A DNA stretch of 64,000 nt from Eledone cirrhosa. Lineage: Eukaryota. Both the position numbers and the translations under genes were made by a program. Each line of letters begins with the position of its first letter. The first letter of the stretch is position 1. The DNA is taken from NCBI GenBank assembly GCA_964016885.1, contig OZ024742.1, positions 279,682,001 to 279,746,000 on the forward strand, given 5' to 3'. Below, piece after piece: positions 15,660-28,579 of this stretch. Under the pieces are notes generated by a model. It did not search any database. It saw only the letters and a list, made by a program, of their open reading frames with translations, and was not told the DNA's origin.

Positions 15660-16577
15660 AGGTTTGATTTGTATAGATCTGGCCCGTCTCTGGAATCAAA
15701 GGTTCGTCGGTCCTCTGCTGTAGTAATGACAGAAAGAACATGTAGAGCTTAGAGATGTCTGTAACGATTCACATTAATTTTAGTGGTGAGTTCCTGTTGT
15801 TTTGATTGGTGGTTTTACTATAAGGGATGTCTTGGCATGTGTGAGAGGGGGATCATAATGATGAGGTTGTGTTGGGGAGAGATTGCTGGTGCGAGTTGCG
15901 GGGGTGTAGTGCTTTGGCTTTTCCTATATATTGTGGCGTGTATGTGGGGAGGTGAAGGTACTGGCTGTGGGTGTGGATGTGGTTGTGGGCTATGCATGAT
16001 GAGAGAAGATTTAGGAACATATGAAGTAGAGAAAAATTCAGAGCTTAAAAGCGTTTACGCGTCAAAATTGTTTAGAAGTTAACGTTATGGTTAATTTTAG
16101 GAATTGAACATTAAAATTGAATGTTTAAAAATGTTTAAAGTTTAATTAAATAAGTAGAATGCGCACAGTTGGCCTGTGAAGTACCGTATGCTTGGTAATC
16201 ACCAATTAGAAAGACCAGTGACGTTAATGATTCTAATTACAGAGTTGTGTAAACCAGAGACTTAATAAACAAATAACATAATGTTAGTTAAGCTAAGTCA
16301 CTATCCGCTTTGGGCCCTGGGTGTATTAGGGTGTTAGTCATCTCCCGGAATGGAAGTATCGACTTTGATTACCACATAGATCTTGATTTTACATGTGAGA
16401 TCTGTAGTAATGAACGTCACTCTGCAAGTAGAGTAACATGGCACCACAAGGAATTCCACGCTAATCAAACTGAAGTATGCAGGAAACATACCTGTATACT
16501 ATGTGGTATGAGGAGTAATTTCCTATGTAAATACACACACACACACAAACACATATATATATATGTATATATATATA

Positions 16578-18492
16578 AACAAAGTTTTCAAATCCAAAAG
16601 AAATTCACCCCCCAACAAACTTTTATCTGACTTTGAAAACGATATAATTTCTATCATACAAGGAGTCAAATTCAAGAGAAACTTCAAAGGCCAGAAATAT
16701 CTGAAAGGCATTAGGGATAATATTGAGAGCTTAGAGAAAACTGAGAAGATCTTGGTAAAATCTGACAAGACCAACAACCTCTATGGAGTGCAGAAAGACA
16801 TGTATAATGGCCTCATACTAAAAGAACTGAGGAAAAAGTACAAGGTAGCGGGTAAGGCCGAGCTAGAGAAAATGAATGTTGATGCATCTTGTATAATGCA
16901 CGAGTTGGAAATTGAGAACAGAACACAACCTTTCGTGCCCAGGAAACCGAAGATCAATATGAAAGATCACAAGAGAAATTTTGAGAATGACTTGCCAGTC
17001 AGATTGATCGCACCATCAAAATCGGACCTGGGTAAACTAAGCACAAACATTCTTGACAGGGTGATACAGCAAATTAAAAACTTGAGTTGTTTACCTAACC
17101 TGAGCTTGTGGAAGGGAACTGGTGAGGTTGTTGAGTGGTTTAAGCAAATTAAATATAACAATAATAATAAGTTTATTCAACTTGATATTGCTAACTATTA
17201 TTCTTCCATTACCCCTAATCTACTAAATAAGGCACTAAATTACGCCGACTCAGCTCAGGTAACTGACCTTGTGGGCTTATTTTTAATCAATTCGCTGCAT
17301 AGGAAAATACCTGGTACTACCGGAGGTTTATATAGAGATGACATGCTTTTACTTATTGATAATAATAACTCTGAACTAAATAGAAAAAGAAAACAAATTA
17401 CACAATTTTTTAATCACTTTAATCTAAAAATAGAAATTGAGAATAACCATAGAATAGTCAACTTCCTAGATATAACATTAAATCTCAACACATGTCTTCA
17501 CTATCCATTTCACAAGTTGAATGAAAACTTAAACTATGTCAGCTTTAACTCTAACCACCCCAGATCTGTTAAAAATACTATAGTAAACTATGTTCAATCA
17601 CGTATCTCTAGAATCTCATCTAATAAAAAGATTTTCGACGAAAAAGCCCATTATTACAATGAAGCGTTAGCTAGAGCAGGATATAGTGATAAAATTATGT
17701 ACATAGATAACGATAAACAAATTAAACAAAATAACAACTATTTTAATTACGGCCACAACCTTAACAACTATAATAGAAAGCATTACAATAATTCCAAAAG
17801 CCATAAAAGAAATAGAACTAGGAATATAATATGGTTTGCCCCCCCCTTTCTCACTAAACATTAAAACCCACATCGCTAAACTATTTTTTAAAGCTCTTGA
17901 TAATCGCTTCCCTAGAACACATAGGTATCACTCAATTTTCAATAGACATACTATAAAATTAACCTACTCATCCACCAAAAATTTAGCACAAAATATTAAT
18001 AGAATAAATAATAGGAATTTAAAACCTAGCGATAATAGCATAAATAATATCCAAGTTAACAAATGTAACTGTAGAGATAGATCTAAATGTCCGTTAAATA
18101 ACAACTGCTTAGTTAAAAATATAATATACAACTGTAATGTTAAAACGGACGTTAATTCTTTTAACTACGTTGGTTCCACATCGACGGAATTTAAACTTCG
18201 CTATAACAACCACAAGAATTCGTTCACAGATCCATCCAAAAAATCCTCAACAGCACTATCAGGCGTACTCTGGCAACTTAGGCATGATAACGTTAGATAT
18301 TCGACGACTTGGAATATAGTTTCAAGAGGGATTCCTTTTAATTCATCCTCTGAGACATGTGACCTCTGTGCGGAAGAGATATTCTTTATACTAAAATCTA
18401 AAAATTCCCTTAATCTACGGACAAATTTATTCAGTTGCTGCAGACATAGATTGAACTCAACGTTTAAATATAAGTTTAAATTTAAAATGTAG
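16578..18492 (+). pseudogene. PLE RT-GIY-YIG polyprotein with internal deletion and one frameshift
   Basis: DKT, KDHK, RLIAP, QLDIANYYSSI, GLYRDD, NFLDITLNL, SNHP; frameshift in the C-run at WFAPPF; CNCR..CPL..CL, YVGST, CDLCAEE, CRH. Confidence 0.92.
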
Positions 18493-19782
18493 TTATGTTT
18501 GATTTGATTTGTAATTATTTATGAAACTAGCCGATAAATCTTTCGATTTCTTCTTTTTATTAAAACATTCTTTTTATTAAAACATTCTTCATAAATAATT
18601 AAACTACCCTAAAAGCTGATGCTCCATATATATCGAATTAAATTTTACACTAGATAAACTTCTATATTAAATATAAGAACATATGTAGACCAAATGGGTA
18701 TCCTAAACTTTTGGAATGATTTCTGCTAGACAGGATTTGGTAAACAAATTTTGTTTTATCTGTTTCGACTCTGATGCTTATGATGAACTTGGTAATATAT
18801 TGTCAATTAACTTTGAAAGGCTCTATCTTTGTGGCCGATTTGCGTGGCATACTATGTTTTATTTTTATTATTTTTTAATATTTTGTAATAATTTTATTTT
18901 TAATATTAAATGTTTTAGTTTTCTGTTTATTTATTTATTTTCTTGTCTCTGATATTTTTATTTATATTTATTTTTATTTTTATTTTTATTAATATATTGA
19001 AATCTTTTCTCTATTTCTGCTTGATCGACAATCATGTAGAGTAAAGACAAGAATAGTATTGTTAAAATTAATATAGACTCTATATATATGTGCATATATA
19101 CACACATATATGTATACTTGAATTTTTATAGCACAATGAGAATGTTTTCGTGTGAATTGGGAGTTTGTTTATAATTATGATATAAACATATGAATTTTTA
19201 AAAACTAGACATAAGATCATTACTTTTCACACATTATAGATACATGTCTCATTCATGAATACTGATATTTACATTATAATGCCTGTTTTATATTTCTACA
19301 TGATGATACATAGCGTTTTTTAAATTCTGCCTCGTTTATGTCTGGTTATTTTTCATTTTCTCTTTTTCATTTTCTCTTTTTTCTCTCTATATAACGTCTA
19401 TTTTCTCTCTTAACTACATACATCTCTCTTTACATTAATACTAGAGCTAAATAAATAAATAAATAAATAAATAAATGTATCAATTGATACTCAACTACCT
19501 AGTTTCTCTATCTATCTCTATCTATATCTCTTTCTTTTTTCCTCTCTCTATATATCCCTCTCTGTTTCTTTACATGAAGTTCTTCTCTTTATCTGTCTTT
19601 CTATATCTCTCTATTTAGTCACATACATTTCTTCTTTTTCTTCGTTTTTCTTCCTTTCTTTCTTTCTCTCTTTCTTTTTACAACTGTCCACAATATATTT
19701 TACTGCCAAATCAACCTCCCAAATGCAAGTCGATTGAAAGGTATGTCGTATCTATTTATTTATAAGACTGTTTATATTGTAT

Positions 19783-19842
19783 TTTGTCTGAAGAAGGCAT
19801 AACATATTGTTAATATGATATCCCTGAAATATATATAATGAA
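19783..19842 (+). ncRNA. Type I hammerhead ribozyme in the PLE 3' end
   Basis: tttgt-CTGAAGA-AGG...CCT-GAAA-TATATA-TA-atgaa; palindromic stem III; stem I has two G-U pairs. Confidence 0.7.
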
Positions 19843-19978
19843 ATAAATATGGTTTTATAAATATAGTTTCCATTTACTTAATATCATAAATATACTCCAA
19901 ATACTTGTTGAGTGATTTTATATCAGTTATAAATATTTACTCGTTGTTAACCCAACAATTTAAATATAACTTTCCATG

Positions 19979-20061
<83 letters not shown>

Positions 20062-20107
20062 GACCAACCAGATGTGAGAAAAACCACAGACCCTCCATCT
20101 CAACTCA

Positions 20108-20145
20108 CCTTTTGAAAAGCAGAAGAACTGCGAAACCGGTAAAGG
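20108..20145 (+). ncRNA. Degenerate minimal hammerhead
   Basis: CCTT-ttgaaaa (two changes from CTGAAGA)-GCAG aagaa CTGC-GAAA-CCGG-TA-AAGG; all stems intact. Confidence 0.6.
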
Positions 20146-20623
20146 AACCAAATAAATATATATATTTTTGTATCATCAGTTATTTCATTTGCTTCTTCTA
20201 AGGTTTGGGGTCAGAAGACTATAATGAGAAACTGGCTCGTAATTTTGTTGTTTAGAGGCTCGTTATTTCTTCATTTTTGTTAATAAGCAGTGATCTATTT
20301 ATAGCCACCGGAATTGATTGGGGAGTTATATTGTCTGTGGAATGACGCGTGTAGTGTTGTGTGTGCGTGTATGCGTGTTCCTGTCAAATATTGTGTGCGT
20401 TGCGATAGATAATTTAGCTATTCTGCCCTGAGTTATGTGTTTGGGCTGGTAATACGTGCATGCATGTGTCAAATGATGTATGTCTAATCATAATGACTCG
20501 TTACAGATGGATATTATGCGTGTGTGCGTTTTTATGTCAGAAGATACAACATATATCCATATATTTTCTCCTCAAACTTTCTCTTACTTCTCTACCATGT
20601 ATTTGTTCTCTCCTTATTCGAAC

Positions 20624-20659
20624 TTTCCTTAAGAAAGAATTATGTCCGAAACGTCGAAA
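20624..20659 (+). ncRNA. Degenerate minimal hammerhead
   Basis: TTTC-cttaaga-aagaattatgtcc-GAAA-CG-TC-GAAA; core has one change and stem II is poor. Confidence 0.45.
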
Positions 20660-20949
20660 CCCCCTCCACTTACACCAAGCGTGAACCAATTATAACACTG
20701 CAAAAATTGCCGCCTGTCTTTAGTCTATTTCGTGTATTAACTATATACATATATACATATATATACATATATATCCATATGCGTATCTAGACTTATATAT
20801 ATTTTGAGTTTCTAACTCAATATATACCTTTGATATATTCGGCTCCATTAATTTGTCGAGCTAATTTAAATGTCGAGTAAACTTGGCTGCTATTTTTAGT
20901 GGTGTGAGTTTGCGAAACACGCTAAGTTCTGATACCATGTGTATTATTC

Positions 20950-21768
20950 GCAAACTATTCAGTTGTCTAATATTCTTAGAAGTGAGGAAATTATTAATCT
21001 TCACAATTAATTTACGAAACAGCATCGCCAAAACTGTATGGGTGATCGGTAGTTACCACAATTCCGGTTTGTACTTATTTTCTTGATTTATTTTAAAGTG
21101 AGTCCGGCAAACCCTATTGTCCATAATTAGTATGTACAGTCAACGATTCCCACCAATGCGTTTTGTTCTCAAGCTTATTTCGCGTTTCTCCATTCTATTT
21201 AGTTGGAAAAGAGGAATATTTTCAATAATTGAAATGTCTTGTTTTCTCCCACACTTTCTCACGCCAACTCTCACTGACAACTATGTAAGTGTCTCTGGAA
21301 TGATCAACGACTTGCGCATGAATTTCATGAGCAAGCTATTCCGGTGCTTGATCATCCGGAACACACGTCGGCCGAACCAATGTGGATCGTAAACATCTAT
21401 ATAAGTATACATATCAGTCTCTTACAATAAAATAGCTCTAGGAAAGAGATTTTTCTGAGCCGTATATCATAATTGAATATAAAAGAAAGATAAACACAGA
21501 TATATATGTGTTCAAATCGTAAGGGACCAGATTCGCTAGGGTGAAAAAAATACTAACTATGGACAATAGGGTTTGCCGCACTCACTTTAAGAATAAATCA
21601 AGAAAATAATTACAAACCGGAATTGTGGTAACTACCAATCACCCATACAGTTTTGGCGATGCTGTTCCGCAAATTAATTGTGAAGAGGATTACCGATTCT
21701 TGCTCATCAGTGGGTGAAAATTAGTAATCTCCTCACTTCTAAGTATATTAGACAACTGAATAGTTTGC
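20950..21768. repeat. Inverted pair of HHR-family repeats (20950-21133 and 21550-21768)
   Basis: Reverse-complement match apart from a deletion in the left arm. Confidence 0.85.
21639..21717 (-). ncRNA. Type I hammerhead ribozyme with GAAA changed to GGAA
   Basis: Reverse complement reads TCACCCA-CTGATGA-GCAA...TTGC-GGAA-CAG catcgccaaaa CTG-TA-TGGGTGA; the sister copy keeps GAAA. Confidence 0.75.
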
Positions 21769-22029
21769 ATGTATATACATATATATATATATTAATGTAT
21801 GTATGTTCTTCTGGTTTTATAATTTCACAAATTTTTGCAAATTGAGAGAGAGTCGGTTTCTAACATAGACACAAGACTCTCTCATTGGAATTTACACAAC
21901 ATCAACTAGGTAGATATGTATGCATGCAAGCATGTGTAGATATGGATGTTATTGTATGTGTGGGTGTGTATGTTTTGAGTTGTATGTGTGCTTGTGTATA
22001 TGCTTTGTATCTGTACATGTGTATACGCA

Positions 22030-22385
22030 GTAATTAGATGCAAAATATTTGAATGTTTTACATATGTTTACTGTTCCATTAATGAATTGTACTTGTAATT
22101 TCCTAACTAGTTATGTTCTTTCTCTTCCTGTGAAGCCTAGCTTCTCAATATTCGTATTGAGGCCGTTACTAACATACCCCAGTGCCCCAATAAGAACAGG
22201 CATAAATCTGAAGGTGTAGTAAGGGTGGAGTATCTGCAGATATCTCATCAGTTCTTCATAAATATTCTCCTTTTCGCTAATGTTTGATATTATGTTGGCA
22301 TCTGCTGGACAGTTTACTTCCCCTACTGGGCATGCTTTCTTTTCTCTGTCACATATCATAATATCTGTTGTTATGCCTGCATTTT
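22030..22385 (-). pseudogene. Old R4/Dong-like RLE endonuclease fragment
   Basis: ORF 22111-22359: VNCPAD.NI..EKENIYEEL..PVLIGALG, homologous to the C-terminus of the 48580 ORF. Confidence 0.75.
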
Positions 22386-22998
22386 ATTACGGTTTTATGT
22401 ATGTATGTATGTATGTATGTATTTATGTATGTATGTATGTATGTATGTATGTATGTATGTATGTATGTATGTATGTATGTATGTATGTATGTACGTATAT
22501 GTGTATGTGTGTATGTATATATGAGTGTATGTATGCATGTATAATAGCATATATGTATGTATGAATGTATATATATGTGTATGTATGGACGTAGTTAGGT
22601 ACGATTTCATCACGATATTAAATGGAGTTCTGATGCATTATGGGCTATTGGAATTTGAGTTAGAGCAGCGTCAACGGATGATGTGTCCAACGAAACATAG
22701 AGCCAGATAAGAAGTATACAGATTGGTAAACAATAGAAGATATACAATAGAGGCAATTGTGTGATACGAAGCTAGCCAGATAACATAATATAATAAGTAA
22801 AGCTGCATTAATGAATAAGTTAAGAGGAGAAACATGGAAACATGAAACATAACAGATTTCATAATGAAGAGCACCGAGAATGAGAAGAACAATATATCAA
22901 AAAATGATAACTCATTAACTCATTATAGTAACATATATAGACACATGAGCTGGCGAGCACACATACTTACACGCGCACACATATACACACACACAGAA

Positions 22999-23046
<48 letters not shown>

Positions 23047-23540
23047 CGTTTTAATCATTTTCTAACCCAGAAAAAAGAGAGAGAGAAACAAAAAAGGAAA
23101 AAGATATACTTTTCTTCCTAATAATCGTCTCATTCTCCCAGTTTTCATATATATATATGTATATGTGCTCACCAGCGCATGTGTCTCTCTATATATATAT
23201 ATTCTATATATATTTATATACATAGATACATACATAAATACATCAATGTATACATATACCTATACTGAAGTGTAGCAACATCGGCTATAATCCACGGAGA
23301 TATCAACTCAATTCATAGATAACGGTTGCCTCCCTTGTTGAGGCCTGTAATTCGTAATCTGTTCTGTTATTCTTCATGTAATTTATAGGAACATTACACA
23401 TGAATAGCTTTTTTGTTCGATCTGTTTAATGTATAAGCGTATGTTTGTGTGAAAATGTTCGTGCGAGTGTGATATATGTATACCATGTTTTAGTCTGTGT
23501 TTCTTTTATAAATGTAAATAAATGTTACCAATTGTGTGTT

Positions 23541-23627
<87 letters not shown>

Positions 23628-23645
23628 AACACATATATATATATG

Positions 23646-23690
<45 letters not shown>

Positions 23691-24047
23691 GAACTGGAGA
23701 AGAGAGAAGAAAAGGGGCGAAAATTGTGATATATTATACTAGACGCCAATAGCCGAAATGTGCTCAATACTTTGAGGTGCACTTTTAAATATTATAGAAT
23801 GGTTAATATTTAATGAGAGTTAAGTGCAGAAGGTAAGCAGAGCAAGTATAAGCTGAATGAGTGGGGGAGAAGGCATTACATTTAAAAGCAAGTTTTACAC
23901 TTTACACAGTGTTTCAGCAATACAATATCAAATAACAGTTCACATATATATGTGTGTGTACGCACGCATATACGTTGTTACAAGTGATATTTGCATGGAT
24001 TCTTCAGAGAAGAGAGAATCGTTTATACTGATGTTATCTGATATTGT

Positions 24048-24232
24048 ATGGTGAATTGGCAGTATTGGTAGAGGGTCGGACGCCATTCTTTCCAGCATAG
24101 TTACGTCCCTTTACGATCTGTGTTCAAATCCCGCCGAGGTTGACTTTGCCTTTCATCCTTACGTGGTCGATAAAATAAAGTACCAGTAATGCACTGGTGA
24201 ATTGCTGGCCTTGTGCCTAAAGTAGAAACAGT
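24048..24232 (+). mobile_element. tRNA-derived SINE (same family as 1979-2165)
   Basis: Near full-length match. Confidence 0.85.
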
Positions 24233-24373
24233 TATTTGATATTGTATGGATTAAACAGTGTGTAAGATGTAAAGTTTGTTTTTAAATGTAATGTCCTCTC
24301 CTCCATTCATTCTGCTTACACACACACACACACACATACACACACACACACACATACACACACGCATACATAC

Positions 24374-24421
<48 letters not shown>

Positions 24422-24435
24422 TTTTATGTATTAGT

Positions 24436-25200
24436 ATTTCGTATTTCAGAAGAAATACGGTATGTTTAAAATAAACATTTGGAAAGCCGTAGCTATGCCA
24501 ACACACCAGCGACTAACGCCGTCTGGTTATGTCCTGCAAAAGAAAGGTAGACAATCATGGAGAGGTGAAAACCATATATTCTCACCTGTTTTCAAATTCC
24601 AGCACTTGCAAGTGTGGGAGGGATCGTGCTGATGAGAACCAGTTCATTTCGAAATGCGCATCCTTGATTATCCACCTTGCTACAGCTGGACACCGCCAGA
24701 CGGCATTAGTAACTGGTGCTTTGGCATAGCTACGGCTCCCCAAATGTTTATTTAAAACATAACGCATTTCTTTTGAAATACGAAATTCCAATACATGTTT
24801 GCATACAACCATGCCTGAAGCGAAATTGTATTTCTATTCTATTATAAGTTGAACCAACTTATACAGTTTCATACGCAAATGAGATTAATCACCTCATTTA
24901 CACAGACGAGAAAACCATATATTCACGCCTATTTTCAAAGTTCAGCAGTTGCAAGAGTGTGTGTCGGGGGGGGGGGGGGAGTTGGGTCGTGCTAATGAGA
25001 ACCGGTTCAGATCGAAATTCGCATCCACGATTGTCCCCCTTGCTTCTGCTGGAGACCGCTGGATGGCCTTAGACGCTGGTGATTTTGCATAGCTACGACT
25101 TTGTTTTAAAATGTTTATTCTAAATATATTGTAGTTCGTCTGAAATACGAAATTCCAATACATATCTGTATACAATTATGCCTGAAGCTAAATTGTAATT
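24436..25200 (+). mobile_element. HHR-bearing tandem repeat (~350-360 bp period, ~1.9 copies) preceded by an inverted partial copy
   Basis: Units start aaaaccatatatt at ~24567 and ~24911; 24436-24526 is the reverse complement of ~24696-24787. Confidence 0.8.
24623..24668 (+). ncRNA. Minimal type I hammerhead (second, more mutated copy at 24986-25031)
   Basis: atcgtg-CTGATGA-GAA ccagttcat TTC-GAAA-TGCGCA-TC-cttgat; copy 2 has the fully pairing cacgat but CTAATGA. Confidence 0.75.
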
Positions 25201-25509
25201 TCATATATATATGTATAATTATACACATACCTATATATAAACAAGCTCACACTCACTCACACGCGCACGTCCACACGCACACTCACAAATATATACATAC
25301 ACACACACTCACACATATATATATATATATATATATATGAGCTGAATAAATTGTGTATAATGCCATTTTCTTACCAAATGTGAAGAAGCATGATATATTA
25401 ACCACTTAGGTAAGATTATAGAGCATAATTTATCCTAATGTGTACAGGCTTTCAACATCAATATTAGCATATAATACTAAATTATCATTGGCGCATTTTC
25501 CTCAAGACT

Positions 25510-25720
25510 GAAAGGGTTAATCAACCAGCTTTTGAATTGACAGCCAAGAAGGTACATTTAGCTGAATGGAGAGGTTTCACAGCCATTTGACTACATTTTT
25601 CTGACTCACAGACAACAGAGTTATGGATTTGATTTTCTTCCCTGTGTGAAAGCGGGCTTCATCAGAGGTCCACATCAGATTCAGAAAACTGGGGTTGTTT
25701 ACTATCATTCCAGTATTTTC
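25510..25720 (-). pseudogene. Tc1/mariner-superfamily transposase remnant
   Basis: Minus-strand translation LNLMWTSDEARFHTG...KPLHSAKCT resembles the first catalytic Asp region (SDEAHF...PLHS.K.T). Confidence 0.6.
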
Positions 25721-26876
25721 TCAACCAGACACTTTCTGATGGTCTACTAAACTACAGTAAGATTTTCGTACTTAGTAAGACCGTATTTGTCAACCCCCTT
25801 TCCAAGTTTCTGTGAAGTGTCCCAAGCATTGGCAGCGATAGTTTTGGAGTCTGTTCAACAGAATTTCGAAACTTGTCATTAACTATAAGCTCCCTTCGTT
25901 ATACTGGATGAGTAGCTTGGATCCCAACCATTTTATTAAGGTTCTACATTGTCCATAATCTCAAGCTTCTTGTATATTATCTTTGAAGATTTTTTTCTTC
26001 AATAAAATGCATGACATTACCCTGGGCTAAATTGAACGAGCAACACTTATATGTGTGTTACACACAGAAAATCCAGTGCTGTAGCTTCCATCGGTGTCTT
26101 GTCATATCGTGAAATGTATAATTGATCAGTTAGAAAATGAATATACAGTGGCACGAACATGCACAAGGCCACTGTTGTTTGAATCACTCTGTATATATAT
26201 ATACATATACTAACTATGTAAAAACTATCTAGTTATAATAAAATAATTTAAAAAATGCTTTTACTCCATCCACACAAGTTTAAAAGATAACAATTATATA
26301 ATTAATAATTATATTTTGTATACTCTATAAATATTTATTTATAACACTACAACAATATTAAAACAACCCTCAATTTATCAAGGCCCTTAATTACCTCCCT
26401 TTCTTATTAACCCCCTTTACAACTTCTTGTGTAAATTCATAAAATTAAGCAACCTAACGGTCTCCCAGCAACTTAATAACGGTTAATACAAACCCTAGAA
26501 AAGATAATTTGTTGATAAAAATGCATAAGATAATATACCTACAATAACAACATGGCCAGTAATTCGGTGGCATTTACATTTAAAAACAAACAACTATTGA
26601 CTATAAACGACTCAAAATAATCCCATGGTTAATAGATGTGAGTAACAAACAACATATACACATACATACGAACTACAACACAAACACACTTGAATGAATA
26701 TCACCTATCCAATTCTATCACGCGCTTTGCATTACACCTCACATAACAAATACCTTCATTATCACCACATGCCTCTCTAACAAATTGCACACTATCTTAA
26801 ACATTTCCAACAATTATAACATACTTTAACACCCCACACAAAATATGTTTATTTCAACTGCATTATAACTCTTTCC

Positions 26877-27128
26877 TCATACATGCCTTATTGTCTGTAT
26901 TGACTCCGGCATTGTACGCACATAACATTTCCAACTGTTCTCTAAATAATCAATATTGTTACGTTCCTTAGTATAAACATTTCGTTTTAAGCGCTGGTCG
27001 TGGAAAAAAGCGATCCATCTAAGCCTTCTCACAAAAGAGTCAGTTTTTTCAATCAGAAGTTTAGGGAATTCAGATTTACCAGGTATAGGAATGTCTTTAA
27101 GTGAAGTTGTGATGTTGTAATAATCCAT
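26877..27128 (-). pseudogene. N-terminal fragment of a PLE protein
   Basis: SLKDIPIP...LIEKTDSFVRRLRWIAFF resembles the N-terminus of this PLE type (recalled motif, not searched). Confidence 0.7.
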
Positions 27129-27878
27129 GTTATATTAGAAAATTAGAGACCATCGAAGGTATCCGATATAAGAGTTAGCGCTCAAACAGTCAAGCAGCAA
27201 GTTAATGTATGAAGAGAGTTTTATATTTTTTTATATTTTTTCTTCCTTGAATCTCTTCTTTCTTCTCTCCTTCCGTGCTCGTATTAAATCTATTATTTAC
27301 TTTTTTCTATTACAATATATAGAAACAAACTTGGACCCTAATTAATTCCTCTAAGTTCATAATTAATTTAACATTATCTTCATTCACCTTATCTTCTTAA
27401 TATATTTTATTTTAATAATACATTTTAATAAATTCCTTTTCGCACATCTTATTAAACCCTTCAATATATAAACCTTAAATAAATAGTATTCTTAATTCCT
27501 TTTTCTTTAATCATAAGCATCACCATTCATAAACCTCATTAACTTTTAATTTCTAAATTTTTTAAAAAATTATGTATTATCTTACAGCGTTCTTTTTTTA
27601 TTTTTCTCTGTGAGACAGTGTTTCTCAGTATTAAATGTTTTCTCTCTCTCTCTCACTTCTTTTCTTCTCTCTCATCCTTCCTTCTTATACTCCTCCTCCG
27701 TCATCCTTTCCTTATTATTTTTTTTTTCTTCTATCTATATTCTTTCTTCCTCTTCCTTAACCCCCCCCTTCCTTTCCTTTTTTCCCAATCTCATATATCC
27801 ATCTTATTTTAACTTTCATATGTTGTTTTAACACTTCATTGCTCGCAAGTGTTTTTTAAACTTCATATCATGTCTCCC

Positions 27879-27949
27879 TATTTTATCTGATGAGAACGCA
27901 AATATCATCCCATGATGATATTTGTTTTCGAAATACGCATAATAAAATA
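27879..27949 (+). ncRNA. Type I hammerhead ribozyme
   Basis: TATTTTAT-CTGATGA-GAAc gCAAATATCATc..tGATGATATTTGt tTTC-GAAA-TACGCA-TA-ATAAAATA. Confidence 0.85.
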
Positions 27950-28092
27950 CATGGAACTCTTTTAACTATGTTTTGATTTTATATTATATATATATATATA
28001 TTTTAAAGTTGAGACATTAAACAGAACACAGAAAAAAGTGGAAGCGAAGATGCAGTAAACATTTTATTATTAGTTTCACGCTTGAGAGAGGG

Positions 28093-28135
<43 letters not shown>

Positions 28136-28579
28136 TAGAATTTTGATTCGTTACCCTAAAATAATATAAATTAAATATTTTGAAATTTAACTGCCAAGGC
28201 TATACATGTTTATATGTGTCTGAAGAAAATTTGTGCACAAATTACTCCCTTTTATCTCTTCCTCTCTTTAATTATCTATCAGTTGCATTCTCAAACTAAA
28301 AACTAGAAAAATTATAACTCCAGACACGTCTTCCTCTATAGTCCTACTGTAGTTAGCCAGACTTTAAAAACTCTATAACTGTTACATTAAAACAATGTGT
28401 TCCTTACTCACACCCTCTCTATTGATTCTATTACGTTTTCGCATGTTCTCATTATTAGGGTATAAATATTGAGTTTTCTCGTAAGTTAATCACTACCTTG
28501 ATTAAATCTTAACCATCTAACATGTCAGGGTATGTCATGCATCATTTTATTTGAATTATATTGAATTTTTTATAATCTA

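Larger units (their letters stand above)
16578..19965 (+). mobile_element. Penelope-like element (Naiad-like architecture), 5'-truncated, long 3' UTR with HHR, flanked by (TA)n
   Basis: RT plus C-terminal GIY-YIG coding region, HHR at 19783-19842, (TA)n near both ends. The 3' boundary is approximate. Confidence 0.85.

Noticed and set aside
25630-25670. Minus-strand CTGATGA as a hammerhead
   Set aside because: It encodes the SDE motif of the transposase remnant; stems I and III do not form.
28216-28250. CTGAAGA followed by the hairpin aatttgtgcacaaatt
   Set aside because: No GAAA or stem III follows.
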